Origin: Camelus dromedarius
Taxonomy: Eukaryota
Assembly: GCF_036321535.1 (NCBI RefSeq)
Contig: NC_087454.1
Coordinates: 17,484,001 to 17,548,000 of the forward strand
DNA: 64,000 nucleotides
Direction: 5' to 3'
Positions within the stretch are counted from its first letter, which is position 1. Every line of letters begins with the position of its first letter. The position numbers were made by a program, and so were the translations under genes. Below, piece after piece: positions 1 through 10,999 of the stretch. The notes below the pieces were generated by a model. That model did no database searches. It was not told the origin of the DNA and saw only the letters and a program-made list of their open reading frames with translations.

Positions 1-296
1 TTTGAGAGATCAAGTAACGTTAAAAGTCACTGAGGGCTACATTGGAGATTTATAAATATGTATATCCCAAAGTGATAAGAACCTTGCTCTACTGGAAGTC
101 TAAGATTTATGGTTTGATTGTGTATTTAATTATGGACAGGTTTTATCTGGCACTGTATCTGTCACCACATTCTATTTCTCCAACCACTTGGCATTACAGT
201 GACCAGTCAAGTTCTGGAGATAGCCTGCTCCACATACTAGCCTGTGACTTTGGGCAATCTATACTTTTTTTCATTTTAAATGTGCACAAAGATGTT

Positions 297-420
297 GGGT
301 GACGGTATAGCTCAATTGGTAGTGTGCATGCTTAGCATATACAAGGTCCTAGGTTCAATCCCCAGCACCTCCTCTAAAAATTAGTACATTAAATGTAACT
401 AACCCTCCCTCTCCAAAAGA
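297..420 (+). mobile_element. tRNA-derived SINE (camelid vic-1-like)
   Basis: GGTATAGCTCAATTGGTAG A-box, GGTTCAATCCCCAG B-box, A-rich tail; same family as six other copies in the window. Confidence 0.8.
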
Positions 421-2738
421 TGTATAGGAAGGTATAAATTACAGAGCACTTAAATTTAAGAGATAATCCAAAATTTTTAAAATAATATCAGGAAATAAGC
501 AATTACTCAACAACATTTATTATGAAATATTGTACTACTGTGGCTGCTCTCAACTCCTCCCTTCAGTACTCACCCCTCTAAAGTGAGGAGCCTAAGCAAG
601 TGTTTAATTTGCAAAACGCTTGTTTTGTGAACTCCTCAAAATAATAAATACATAAAGATTTAATTTCTCATTATTTCCCTTGAGGTTCAGCTGACTTTGG
701 ATAGATTTTGCTTTTTACTCCATGGTAAGGAGGACCCTGTTCATCAAAGCTCTTCCATGAGTTTACAGTGCATGGAAACAAATTCTACAATGGAGTTGTT
801 AACCTGGGATATATAGATGGGCTCAGAGCATCTGGAAACTTACATAGAACAAAAATTCCATCTTTATTTTTACTATACTCCAATTGGATCTTAGTGTTTC
901 CTCCTCTTGTGAAAATGTAGTCAACAAATAGGGTGATTGGCAGGACCCATGCTCTGTTCTATTACGTTGTAATCACAGCTGTCAATGTCTCAAAATATTG
1001 TTTAAATATATTACTCTTCCTAAAATGTGGTGATTTATGGTCATATGGGTAATCTTATTATTTAACATATTAATAAAGAAGCACATGTTAATACTTCACT
1101 AATTTGGATTTTTGTTAAATTTGACGATGGTATTTTTATATAACTGTTTTCCTTTATAATCCTGTGTATATTATTTTAAGCATTGAAAAGCATTATTCTG
1201 GGAAGGAGTTCATAAACTTTATCACACATACAAAGAAGTCCATGGTACAAAAATGGTTAAGAATCCCTCTTCTCCAGGATCTTGAAAGTCTGGAAAGATG
1301 CTGGGTTTCAAAAATGTGCGGAGAGAAACATTGGGAAATTCCATGAATGCTGGAATGAAACTGACATATTAGTAAAAGTACTCTGATAGAGCTAAGGGTA
1401 AATGGAAACAATTTTCTCCACTTATGAATAGTAAGAGGTCATTTCCTCTTCCTCTTAGAGAGTTTTCTTGGAGAAATAGTGAGTCTGAGTTTTCACTCTT
1501 CCCTTAGGAATACAGTGACATTTTTCTAGGGATTAAGCCCAGTCTCCAGTTTTTACAATGGAAAGAAATCTCCTAGGTAGTGAGCCGAATAACCTCTAGA
1601 TATGTAAAAATATACATCTGTTATTAGCTTAGGAGTCTTTCACAACATACACATGAGAGGTGAACATGTCAAGGTGAATGGGGCGATACCATGAAGATTC
1701 TCTACACTTAGATACCTAAGAGATAACTCTTCCTTTGTGTTGCTGCAGAAAACCAACTATAATGAGTTAAGGTCATTTTTAGCTTAGGAATGCATGAATC
1801 AATAACATGTAAATATACACTCCAAGTAAAAATGTTTATATTGAACTATTTCTCCTCTCATATCATCCATTTCAATTGCTCTTAATTTTTAATTTTTATT
1901 AATGTTCATTAATGTTTTGATGTTTAACTTGAATGTACTGCATGAAGTGATCAGTCATTTGTTGATTTTGATGGGACCAAAGAGGAGTATTAAACCCTTA
2001 CCTCTTGGGCTTTGTTCTGTCCATTCCCAGCATTTCTGTTTTCCATAGTCCTAGGGAAACATGCTTCAAAATAAACATAATATTTTTTTAAAAAAAAACA
2101 TAGCTTCAGAGTGAAAAAAAAAAATGACTTTCTACCATCAGTCTATTTCCCACTGAATATAAATCATAAGCTATAATGCTTCCTATAAACTTATATCCTT
2201 GCTTAAGTAAGAAATGTAGTAGTGAATATAAAACATACTTGCTTTTAAATTTCTCTCTCTTAAAGAAATTCTGTATAAGCATGTGTGAAAGTGTTGTACA
2301 TGTGTATATTCCTTAATTCTGTTACTTGAAAGCTTTGGTAAAGTTTACCTTCCTGAACAATGACAGACCTCTGTACGCAAAAGCTGGTGAACATTTTAAT
2401 AACTGATCCTCCCTGATAAAGTCAATGTAAATAAAAGAATTTTTTAAACCCATAAAGGGGCCCAACTCTCATTTACATCTTTACCTGGAAGTCCTCTGCC
2501 ATCAGCTATTGCAAAACAGGCCCAACCAATATGTCAAAAGCATCATTGATCGTTGCTTTTGACATTTTCCTAAACAAATTTTGAAAGATTGAAGCTCCCC
2601 AGTTAACTAACACTCGAAATACTCACAAGGAGCTATGATAAAGCTTTTTCAGACAAAACAATAACCTGTCTTATCAGAAATTGCTGTTATTCCAAGGATC
2701 CTTTACTACAGCTGTTGTAGAGAAATCCTGAAACAGCC

Positions 2739-3187
2739 TGTGTTATTTCTCCTCATATGAAGCATATTTTGGGGGTAAATCTCAATGAGAACCAAGCAGT
2801 TGTTGAACGGATGGAAATCCAAGAATGTGTAGAATGTCACTGGAAAGCAAGCTATTGAAAACACAAGGGAAGAATTTCTATTTTAAATGAAAATCAAAAA
2901 GTTGCCTTCCTGACCTGTGAATCTCTAGGAATGTCAGGGGCTTTTGAAAAAGGCTGGGACCGACGTGATAAACACTGGAGGAAGAAACTACGAAGGTCTC
3001 AAACCTTGAGCTGTCCTGTTTCATGATAGAATATAAGTGGCGTGATTCCTAAGCAGGAAATTTTAATATTTTGGCTTTCCTGAATTGTAACAAACACAAC
3101 TCAGGGGCAGAGCTTAGACTAAATTGCTGTCAAGCTGGAAGTCAGCTGGGAACCAATCAGAGGGCAGTGGCTCTGTGTTTATATATA
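2739..3187 (+). promoter_or_regulatory. H1 promoter: TG-box, AC-box, CCAAT, TATA
   Basis: TGTGTTA 2739-2745, AAACACA 3092-3098, CCAAT 3153-3157, TATATATA 3180-3187. Confidence 0.9.
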
Positions 3188-3262
3188 CACACACTCCCGG
3201 ACCAGGCTACTCAACTCTTGAGACTGTATTTCCTTTTTTATTACTACTTTTGACCAACAATA

Positions 3263-3898
3263 ATGTCTGAGACCTTACCTGCCGCACTTCTTGCTCCTCC
3301 TGCAGAAAAGACTCCTGTGAAGAAAAAAGCTCGTAAATCCATCGTTGCCACGAAGCGCAAGGCCTCCGGGCCCCCGGTGTCGGAGCTGATCACCAAGGCT
3401 GTCGCCGCTTCCAAGGAGCGCAGTGGCGTGTCCCTGGCTGCGCTCAAGAAGGCACTCGCGGCCGCCGGCTACGATGTAGAGAACAACAGCCGCATCAAGT
3501 TAGGACTTAAGAGCTTGGTGACCAAAGGCACCCTGGTGCAGACCGAGGGTACTGGCGTCTCGGGTTCATTTAAGCTCAACAAGAAGACAGCCAACGGGGA
3601 GGCTAAGCCTAAGGTTAAGGAAGCGGGAGCAGCCAAACTTAACGCTGCTGGGGCAGCTAAGAAGCCCAAGAAGGCGACGGGCGCGGCTACCCCGAAAAAA
3701 AGCACTAGTAAGTTCCCCCAGAAGGTGAAGAAGGCAGTAACGACTTACAGGGCCAAGAAAGTGGCCAAGAGCCCGAAAAAGCTGAAAACAGCCAAACCAA
3801 AGAAGGTGGCTAAAAGCCCAGCCAAGGCCAAAGCTCACAAGCCCAAGGTAGCCAAGCCTAAAGCAGGCAAGCCAAAAAAGGCGGCCCAAAAAAAGTAA
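3263..3898 (+). CDS. Divergent replication-dependent linker histone H1 (H1.4/H1.3-like), 211 aa
   Basis: ATG to TAA open frame; globular domain [37 protein letters not shown]; Lys-rich tail; H1 promoter upstream and stem-loop downstream. Confidence 0.9.
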   Translation: MSETLPAALLAPPAEKTPVKKKARKSIVATKRKASGPPVSELITKAVAASKERSGVSLAALKKALAAAGYDVENNSRIKLGLKSLVTKGTLVQTEGTGVSGSFKLNKKTANGEAKPKVKEAGAAKLNAAGAAKKPKKATGAATPKKSTSKFPQKVKKAVTTYRAKKVAKSPKKLKTAKPKKVAKSPAKAKAHKPKVAKPKAGKPKKAAQKK

Positions 3899-3927
3899 GA
3901 AAATTAAAACTAGCTGAGTACCTTAAA

Positions 3928-3956
3928 GGCTTTTTTCAGAGCCACCTAAAGAGCTC
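3928..3956 (+). terminator. Histone 3' stem-loop and HDE of H1
   Basis: GGCTTTTTTCAGAGCC 3928-3943 (one U.G wobble) followed by AAAGAGCTC. Confidence 0.85.
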
Positions 3957-4439
3957 AGGAAATGAGCTGTTGCACTCTAGAAGGGGGCGTGGCTGTGAGA
4001 AGGTCGCCAGTGAGGGGCGGGCCTTGAAGGATGGCCTGAGAAATGGGTCTTACGCAGCGCCTGCACCGAAATAGGTAGGCGCTTTTTTTAGAATCTGTCT
4101 TATCGGGGATAGAAGGACGGGGAAATCGGTTTGGACATTAAAGTTTACCTTGTCTCCGATTCTGGAGCCCTGAGAAAAAGTGTTCAGTGGGCCAGTAGCA
4201 GTTGGCTTTACGGAAAAGGAAAGATTTGGGGACAAAAGTGCTGTCGCTTTCGCCGTTTCCCAAGCACTATAATCTGTCGATGTTAGATGTGTTACTTAAC
4301 TACTTACTCGGAGTAGAAAAGAGGAACCACCGTACTCATTTCTCAAACAATGGGTTTTGTGGTTTTGTTGTTGTTGTTGTTGTTTTTTACAAGCAACAGA
4401 AGTTCCCGGGACTATTGATTAGGGAATGTGAGCTTTAAG

Positions 4440-4672
4440 AGGATGACAAAGGCCAGAGGTGGTGGTTGCGGATGGTCAACTGCTCAGGGCCAGGGACGAT
4501 GCGCTTATCAAACAGCCTGCCCACCCACCCCAGCTGTATATCACATGACCCCTAGGTGCAGGGACCGAGACCAAATGTAGGAAATTTTCCAAGGGAACAG
4601 AGAAATTGCCTCCGGCCACATGGAAAACTAAGCTGTTATTTAAACGTCCCTGCTTGCCATGAAACAAACAGT
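4440..4672 (-). pseudogene. Highly decayed H2A relic, head-to-head with H2B at 4961
   Basis: Minus strand shows TGGCAAGCAGGGA (GKQG), AGTTTTCCATGTGGCCGGA (QFPVGR-like), GGCAATTTCTCTG (GNYS-like) and a frame reading RIVPGPEQLTIRNHH versus canonical [15 protein letters not shown] at 4503-4465. No start codon; multiple indels. Confidence 0.7.
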
Positions 4673-4685
4673 GCAATTGCTTGAA

Positions 4686-4890
4686 AAGCCTATTTATACT
4701 AGCTATGGGTATACTAGCAATACTAGCCTACTCTATGCCCTCTGATTGGGTAAAGCAAAGAAAAGAAATAGCCAATGAAAAGGTAGACCTGAAGAATTAT
4801 TTACATTCCTCATTTGTGACGCTACAGTAAAATTAATCCAATCACGAGCGAAATCTTACTAACCTTATTTGAATACCACATCTATAAATA
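4686..4890. promoter_or_regulatory. Divergent H2A/H2B promoter
   Basis: Minus-strand TATA (TATTTATA ~4691), ATTGG/CCAAT boxes, octamer variants ATTTACAT and ATTTGAAT, plus-strand CTATAAATA ~4882-4890. Confidence 0.7.
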
Positions 4891-4960
4891 TATGGGTCAT
4901 CGTGGCGGATGATTATTTCTCCAGGGGTTGGCATTGATAGTGTTAACTTTTAACGCCAGA

Positions 4961-5341
4961 ATGCCTGAACCGGCTAAGNNNNNNNNNNNNNNNNNNNNNN
5001 NNNNNNNNNNNNNNNNNNNNNNNNNNNNNNNNNNNNNNNNNNNNNNNNNNNNNNNNNNNNNNNNNNNNNNNNNNNNNNNNNNNNNNNNNNNNNNNNNNNN
5101 NNNNNNNNNNNNNNNNNNNNNNNNNNNNNNNNNNNNNNNNNNNNNNNNNNNNNNNNTCGTCAACGACATTTTCGACCGCATCGNNNNNNNNNNNNNNNNN
5201 NNNNNNNNNNNNNNNNNNNNNNNNNNNNNNNNNNNNNNNNNNNNNNNNNNNNNNNNNNNNNNNNNNNNNNNNNNNNNNNNNNNNNNNNNNNNNNNNNNNN
5301 NNNNNNNNNNNNNNNNNNNNNNNNNNNNNNNNNNNNNNNNN
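4961..5341 (+). CDS. Histone H2B (mostly N-masked; visible E71D)
   Basis: ATG CCT GAA CCG GCT AAG at 4961. The unmasked island 5157-5183 (VNDIFDRI) is in exact register for a 126-codon H2B. The stop lies inside Ns, so the end is inferred. Confidence 0.75.
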
Positions 5342-5377
5342 NNNNNNNNNNNNNGCGTTTTTACACCTAATCTCAAA

Positions 5378-5393
5378 GGCTCTTTTAAGAACC
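5378..5393 (+). terminator. Imperfect histone stem-loop
   Basis: GGCTCTTTTAAGAACC with a C-A mismatch in the stem; the usual ACCCA/ACCTA-like flank is replaced by GTGTATG. Confidence 0.7.
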
Positions 5394-7732
5394 GTGTATG
5401 TTTTTACTAAGTGAGTTGTAATTCTTTTATTCCAATGGGCGACTTTTCAGATTTGTCCTGCCAAATTTAAAGCTCTGCCACCATTGTTTAATTTGCTAAT
5501 GTACCTGCGTAGGAAATGCTTGTAGGAAACCTAGCCAATGTGTGCCATAAACTGCGCGCTCACTCTAAGCAAGTACAGTTACATAAAACCATGAATTATG
5601 TAGTATCACATAGCCAGATATTAATTAACTTGCACTGAAAATGCCATTTCAAGTGTACAGCTTTCCTTTCCGTGTATAGGTCTGCATGTTGATCCTGCCA
5701 TTGATCCGGGATTTGGCGATCAACTCATTCTGCTTAGAATTTTTCTTTTCCGTTTTTCTTTTTTTAAGCGTATAGACATTGTTTCTGAAAAAAAAGGCTA
5801 AAGACTGTGAAGTTTCACAGAAATAATTATAAAGGGTTTTCTGGTTTGCTTTCTTGAAAATTGGTCCGATTTCCTCTTGAGGCTCTGAACAGCGGGTGGG
5901 GGAGGTGGGGAAGGAGCCTGTGCTGTATCCTAAAGACACCGAGGGATAAGAACGGGAAGCCTTCTTTGACACGACTTCCAGTCAATCCTATCAGTTACTT
6001 TACCTTCATTCTCTGAAAGTCCTATTCAATTCATAGTCCTTCTTCGGTAGCATTCAGATTTAAGGTCCTCAGGGTTACAAGACAGAAACCCACTCCTCAA
6101 TCCGTTAAGATGTCTTGACTCAGGACTGACGCCCCCTTTACAGCACCGTTTCCTCTTTCCCGGATGTCCCCGAGCATTGAGGGAGGAGAGGAAGTAGAAA
6201 GGGAAGAAAAGCCCCTTCTGGCTGGATGTGGTTTTGCTGCACGATGTAGCATAGCTTTAAGGGTGTTCGCTGCTGGAATAGATTTGTGTGCAAGTTAAAT
6301 CTCTGGAATCTCGAAAAAGGGGCCGGGAGGGAGTGGCCTGGAGGAAAGGAATCAGTGGTCAGAGGTCACCAAGAAAACTGCAAAGTAGATGAGGCTGGAA
6401 AGGGAAGCAAGTGCTGGTTGAGGTGGAGAATTTAGAAAGGGGGTGTTGTTGTCTAAGAGAGGAATGAATTTAGAAACCCTAGGGTTTGGGAGAAGGTGAG
6501 AACCCTAAACAGGTGCTCTGGATCACGGGGATAGATTTTCCATAATAGGGCAAGTGGGTACTTGGATGGACAATTAAAATCCAAAATAATACTTAAATTT
6601 ACAAAACACTGTGAAGAGCCACTATGAAATAAGGAACTCTCATTCCCAGGTGCTTGACCCAGGGAAACCTCAAACACCACAGCTAGCTTTCACCCAAACC
6701 TGAGCTTTGATTTTTAGAGTGTTATGTGAAGCCTGTCCGTGGTGGGGAGCATGATAAGGACTCTTTCCCACTGAAGCTGAGACACTAGACCAAAATGAAC
6801 TAGAAATAAACACACACTCACCACAAATGATTGCAAAATCTGCCCTACCCTTGGTGCTGAACAAGGAGATTCCACCACTGAGAATTTGGCCTATAAGCCA
6901 GCCTTCACACTTAACTTGTTTCAGCATTAATACCACAGGGATTCAAAACACCTAGGCTGAGAATTTAATTTAGAGATAACCCCGACTGGTTTGGCGCCCC
7001 TGAGCACCTGATAAAAGCAAATACAAGTCCTCTCTTGAATAAGTTTCACTTTAGGTCTCAATCAATCTCCACAGATAAATATACAAGAAAATGAAAGCAG
7101 TTTCACAACCAAAATTAACCAAACACATCATGAAACAAGTAACCTTGACCAAGAGCAATGAACTATGATAAAAAAAAAAAGCTAACATGAAAATTTATTT
7201 AAAATACAGATATTGAAACTGATGACTGAGTAATAGGAAAAAAATGTTTAAAGTGTAAGTTAACAATTAAGAGTTAGCAGAAAATAAAAGAAGAAACTAA
7301 AGAATTGAGTCATGAAAGTGTATAAGGAGATTCTTGATGTGTGCCTAAAAGCCCTAGTAAATTGTACCATGGAAATACCTTTTTTTTAAAATAAGTCATT
7401 GAAAGAGTATAAGTTAATTCATTTAATAGATAGTCATTGACTATCTCTGGCTTAGTCATCTGCATGGTCACTGGAGATTCAGGGAAATAGTGGTCGTCTT
7501 TGACCGGAAGCCCTCAGTTTTGTAAGGCTGTCAAGGAAGCTTACAATTAACTACTTTCATTTTCCTTTATCTTTCACTAAGAACCAAAAAAGTGTTTATC
7601 ACTCCTTGCAAACCTACAGGCGGGTAAACAGACTTGGGCTCCTATGGGAACTACCATATTCATGCAATTGAGGCAAAAAAAAATCATCTCAATTTTTGAG
7701 TAATAAACAATATACAGTAATATTAATACTAT

Positions 7733-8530
7733 TGTGACACAGTGCAAATCTAAGGAACAGTCCATAGGACTACACTCATATCTGACACCAACCGCAGGGT
7801 TCAGAGTTCTCTCCAAAGCCACCCTTGGATTAGATAATTTAATAGAAGGACTCACAGAACTCACCAAAAGCTATTATACTCAACATTAGGGTTTATTATA
7901 CTAAAGGACACAAAGCAAAGTCAGCAAAGGGAAGAGACACATGAAGTAGAGTCTAGTCTTTTCCCAGTGGAGTCATGGAGCACTAACAACACCTCCCTGC
8001 AACAATGTGTGACAGCACAATGCATATCACCAACTAGGGAAACTCACCTAAGCCTTGGTGTCCAGACTTCTGTTACGTCTTTCACATAATCAACCACTTG
8101 AACGGCAGCACAGGGAAATAACATACAAGATCTTCTGGTAGCTCACAGTGGAAAAAAAAAATGTGACAATGAATATATGTATGTTCATGTATAACTGAAA
8201 AATTGTGCTCTACACTGGAATTTGACACAAAATTGTAAAATGATTATAGCTCAATAAAAAAGTTAAAAAAAAACCCAAAACAACAAAAAACACCTGAATG
8301 GCTGATCTTTAGTCTCCAGTTCCTCTGGAGGTAGTGCAGATACAGCATGGCCTAAAGCCCACAACATGAATAATATTATTCCACTAGTCCATTAGACTAT
8401 TAGACCTATGATCCTATTAGCTCAAGGCCTCCTGGTAAACAAAGATATTCTTAACATGCATTCCAAGGGCCTACAAGTTACCTTCCAGCAAAGGGCAAAG
8501 GCTAAACCTCTTTCAATAAGGTTAATTCTG
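7733..8530. mobile_element. Old ERVL-type LTR (MER21-like), interrupted by an L1 tail
   Basis: AGAAGGACTCACAGAACTCACCAAAAGCTATTATACTC...GGGTTTATTA resembles MER21 LTR; recognised by eye, boundaries approximate. Confidence 0.55.
8101..8290 (+). mobile_element. 5'-truncated L1 3' end
   Basis: GTATAACTGAAAAATTGTGCTCTACACTGGAATTTGACACAA...CAATAAAAA plus poly(A); same family as 41980-42300. Confidence 0.7.
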
Positions 8531-9449
8531 AATGCAATCATAAGAAACTATATAAGAAAGACTTTATTTTTCCAATTTTGAACTATATATCTATCAGTGA
8601 CCATAACTTGAGTTCTACAACTATTTGCTTTTTTATGATTGTTCTATCACATAGTTTTGTATATTTAGGTCACCTGTGGACCCAGAGATTATGAGATTTC
8701 TAATGGAAGACAATTTTTCATACTTTATTCAGATGAACAGCATCAGCAGTCCTCTTGATTTGTACTCCTAACTGCCCTCCAAACCCTAGGTGCAGGAAAA
8801 GAAGACTTAGGAAAGGTGAAGGTCTACATTGCGGGAATGTAGGTGTTCTTCACCTTCATGTTGGTGGCATGGGCATTTAGTGCTACATAGAAGAAAAAAC
8901 TCAGTTTCTTGACATGAAAACAGCACTTGACTTTCCCTTTCATAAACGATGAAATCTCCTGCCATGCACAGAGAACAGGAATTGTAGAAAAATAAAGGAG
9001 TTATGCTTTAGGATTTTATTTTAAGTTTTTAACAGTGAATGTTAAGTTGTGTTTTATAAATACAAGACAATATACATATCCAGCCAAATTGTGGCTGTTT
9101 TTTAGGAAAGAAGGAGGAGGATCATGGGACAAAAAGAAAGGTGAGACAAATTGAGGAGGACTCAGAAAAAGATTGGAAGAAGCAAACTGCTACTACAGAA
9201 GGGAGAGGAAGGGCCTGGAGACCAAAGAGAAGCCTATAGCGGACTGTGATGGGAGAGAGGCAGGAAGAATAAAGAGGAAGATGGCTGGATTGACCTTATG
9301 ATGTATTTAGTATTTTCGCCATGTATAAGACAAATCTGCTCCACGTTTCTTGGATTTTGAGTTGAATAGATTGATTAAAATGATATCATATCTGGGAGAT
9401 GTTTTCTGACCAGTAGATGTAAAATGGTACCTCTCTCTTCCCGTTTTTA

Positions 9450-9650
9450 ACTTGCTCTATTAATTGTTCTTCATTATACTTAGAACTAATTGACATAAGT
9501 TTGTTTATTTTTTGTTTCCCCTTCCCATTCTCAAGACTGTTAAGCTCCACTGGGGCAGGGTTAGTCTTTTTTTTGCCACTGAGTCCCTAATGCTTTGGCT
9601 GTTTCAGACACAGACTACGCTCTCAGTAAATATTTGCAGCACGATGTAAT
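9450..9650 (+). mobile_element. L2 3' end
   Basis: AGACTGTTAAGCTCCACTGGGGCAGGG...CTCAGTAAATATTTG matches the L2 tail pattern. Confidence 0.55.
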
Positions 9651-9729
9651 CAATTAATTGAAATACACATAAGTCTGTAATAATAAAGATAGAGCGCAGG
9701 GCTGATTGTTGAAAATATTCAATTGAATG

Positions 9730-9835
9730 AGTGACTCAGCCTTTCTGGGTCTCACTTTCTTCATCTATACAAGGAGAATAAAAATCATACACTACTTCTT
9801 AGAGTTATTTTAAGGACTGAGATAATTTGTTTAAG
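9730..9835 (+). mobile_element. MIR fragment
   Basis: CTCACTTTCTTCATCTATACAAGGAGAATAA...AGAGTTATTTTAAGGACTGAGATAAT resembles the MIR core. Confidence 0.5.
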
Positions 9836-9838
9836 AAG

Positions 9839-9925
9839 CGTAGGGTATATAGCTTAGTGGTAGAGTGGGTTCAACTCCCAGTATGTCTATTAAATATATA
9901 AATAAATAATTACGCCCTCAAAAGT
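9839..9925 (+). mobile_element. Internally deleted tRNA-derived SINE
   Basis: GGGTATATAGCTTAGTGGTAGAGTG joined directly to GGTTCAACTCCCAG. Confidence 0.65.
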
Positions 9926-10999
9926 TAGGAAGAAAAATTTTTTTTTAAGTTTAAAAGAATTATAACCTTTTTTTTAAAGAAGGGATCATTTGTGTAAAGC
10001 TAAAGCTCTTTAAAAAGTTATGGACATTTTGTAGGCACTTGGAAATTGTTATCTTTTCCTTAGTCACTGAATTAAAACGAAAATCAGAGAAGCTGATTCT
10101 CTTCAGATGAAAAACTAAAGGGAAACAATATAAGCTTTTGATCTATTTGAATTCCACCCCAAGTGGGGTAGTTGGGGAATTTGGAACAAAGATCACATTA
10201 TTCAGGAATATCTCTTGACTCAATATAATTTAAGTCATTATCTGTTCATGTTAGTAATGACTAAAATGTGCATAACACTGGAGCGGAGATTCGTTGTAGC
10301 ACATTATACAAGCATATGTAAACAGAACCCTCTTCATTGTGTAGCAGATATTAATGCTGATGGCAAAATGGCACCTAACATATAAACTTTTTAAATTACT
10401 TCAGTCAGGGCAGCAATATAAGTGCAAAGAACTGAATGCCAGCAGAAAGTGAAAATGAGAATCTGGCTGAGAAGTTATGAAGTATGATGTCCAGTCTGCC
10501 TGAGATGATTGATTAGTCTGTATATCCCACCCAAATCCTATCCATCTGATTTACTGCACACTGATTTATGAAAAGGCGATCATTACCTGAGTGGAAGAGC
10601 ATAAACAAGGTGTTTTAGCTTTTTCATTGTATTTATATTTGAATTAAAGAAATAGAATTTACTTCTGTAACAGGCCTAATTACAAGAATTCATTACTTAC
10701 TGTGGACTACCTACCTTTGCTGGGGAAAGCCTGAATGAAAGGATGGCAAAATATCTGTATGTAAATGAGATGCTATAATTAATAAAATCTGTGGATAATT
10801 GGAATGCCTCATTCATTGTTGATTCAAATCCTTCTTCTAAGATCTCTCCCCCTTCTAGACATACAATTTATTTATTTTTCATTTCATTTTCTGGCATTAA
10901 TTTCTCAGTAGATAAGGCCTAAGCACTGATTTGGCTTTGGTAACGAACTTGAAACAAACAACTTAGTGTAGCTAAGCTGATGTTTGAGAAGTCGCCTTC

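Larger units (their letters stand above)
1..3950 (+). repeat. Segmental duplication copy A (5' flank plus H1 gene); paralogous to 26648-30545
   Basis: TTTGAGAGATCAAGTAACGTTAAAA at 1 recurs at 26648. The two copies are collinear through a shared SINE, the H1 promoter, the H1 CDS and the stem-loop. The left end runs off the window. Confidence 0.95.

Noticed and set aside
42-302. 86-aa ORF repeated at 26689-26949
   Set aside because: Uses a non-ATG start, has no recognisable family, and recurs only because of the segmental duplication.
5650-5870. Possible decayed H4 on the minus strand (ATGTCTATACGC ~50 nt after a TATA-like motif; KRKRKIL; nearby TGGTCCGAT)
   Set aside because: Similarity is weak and lies in low-complexity A-rich sequence, and the GGTCCG is in the wrong orientation; it would need a profile search to support.
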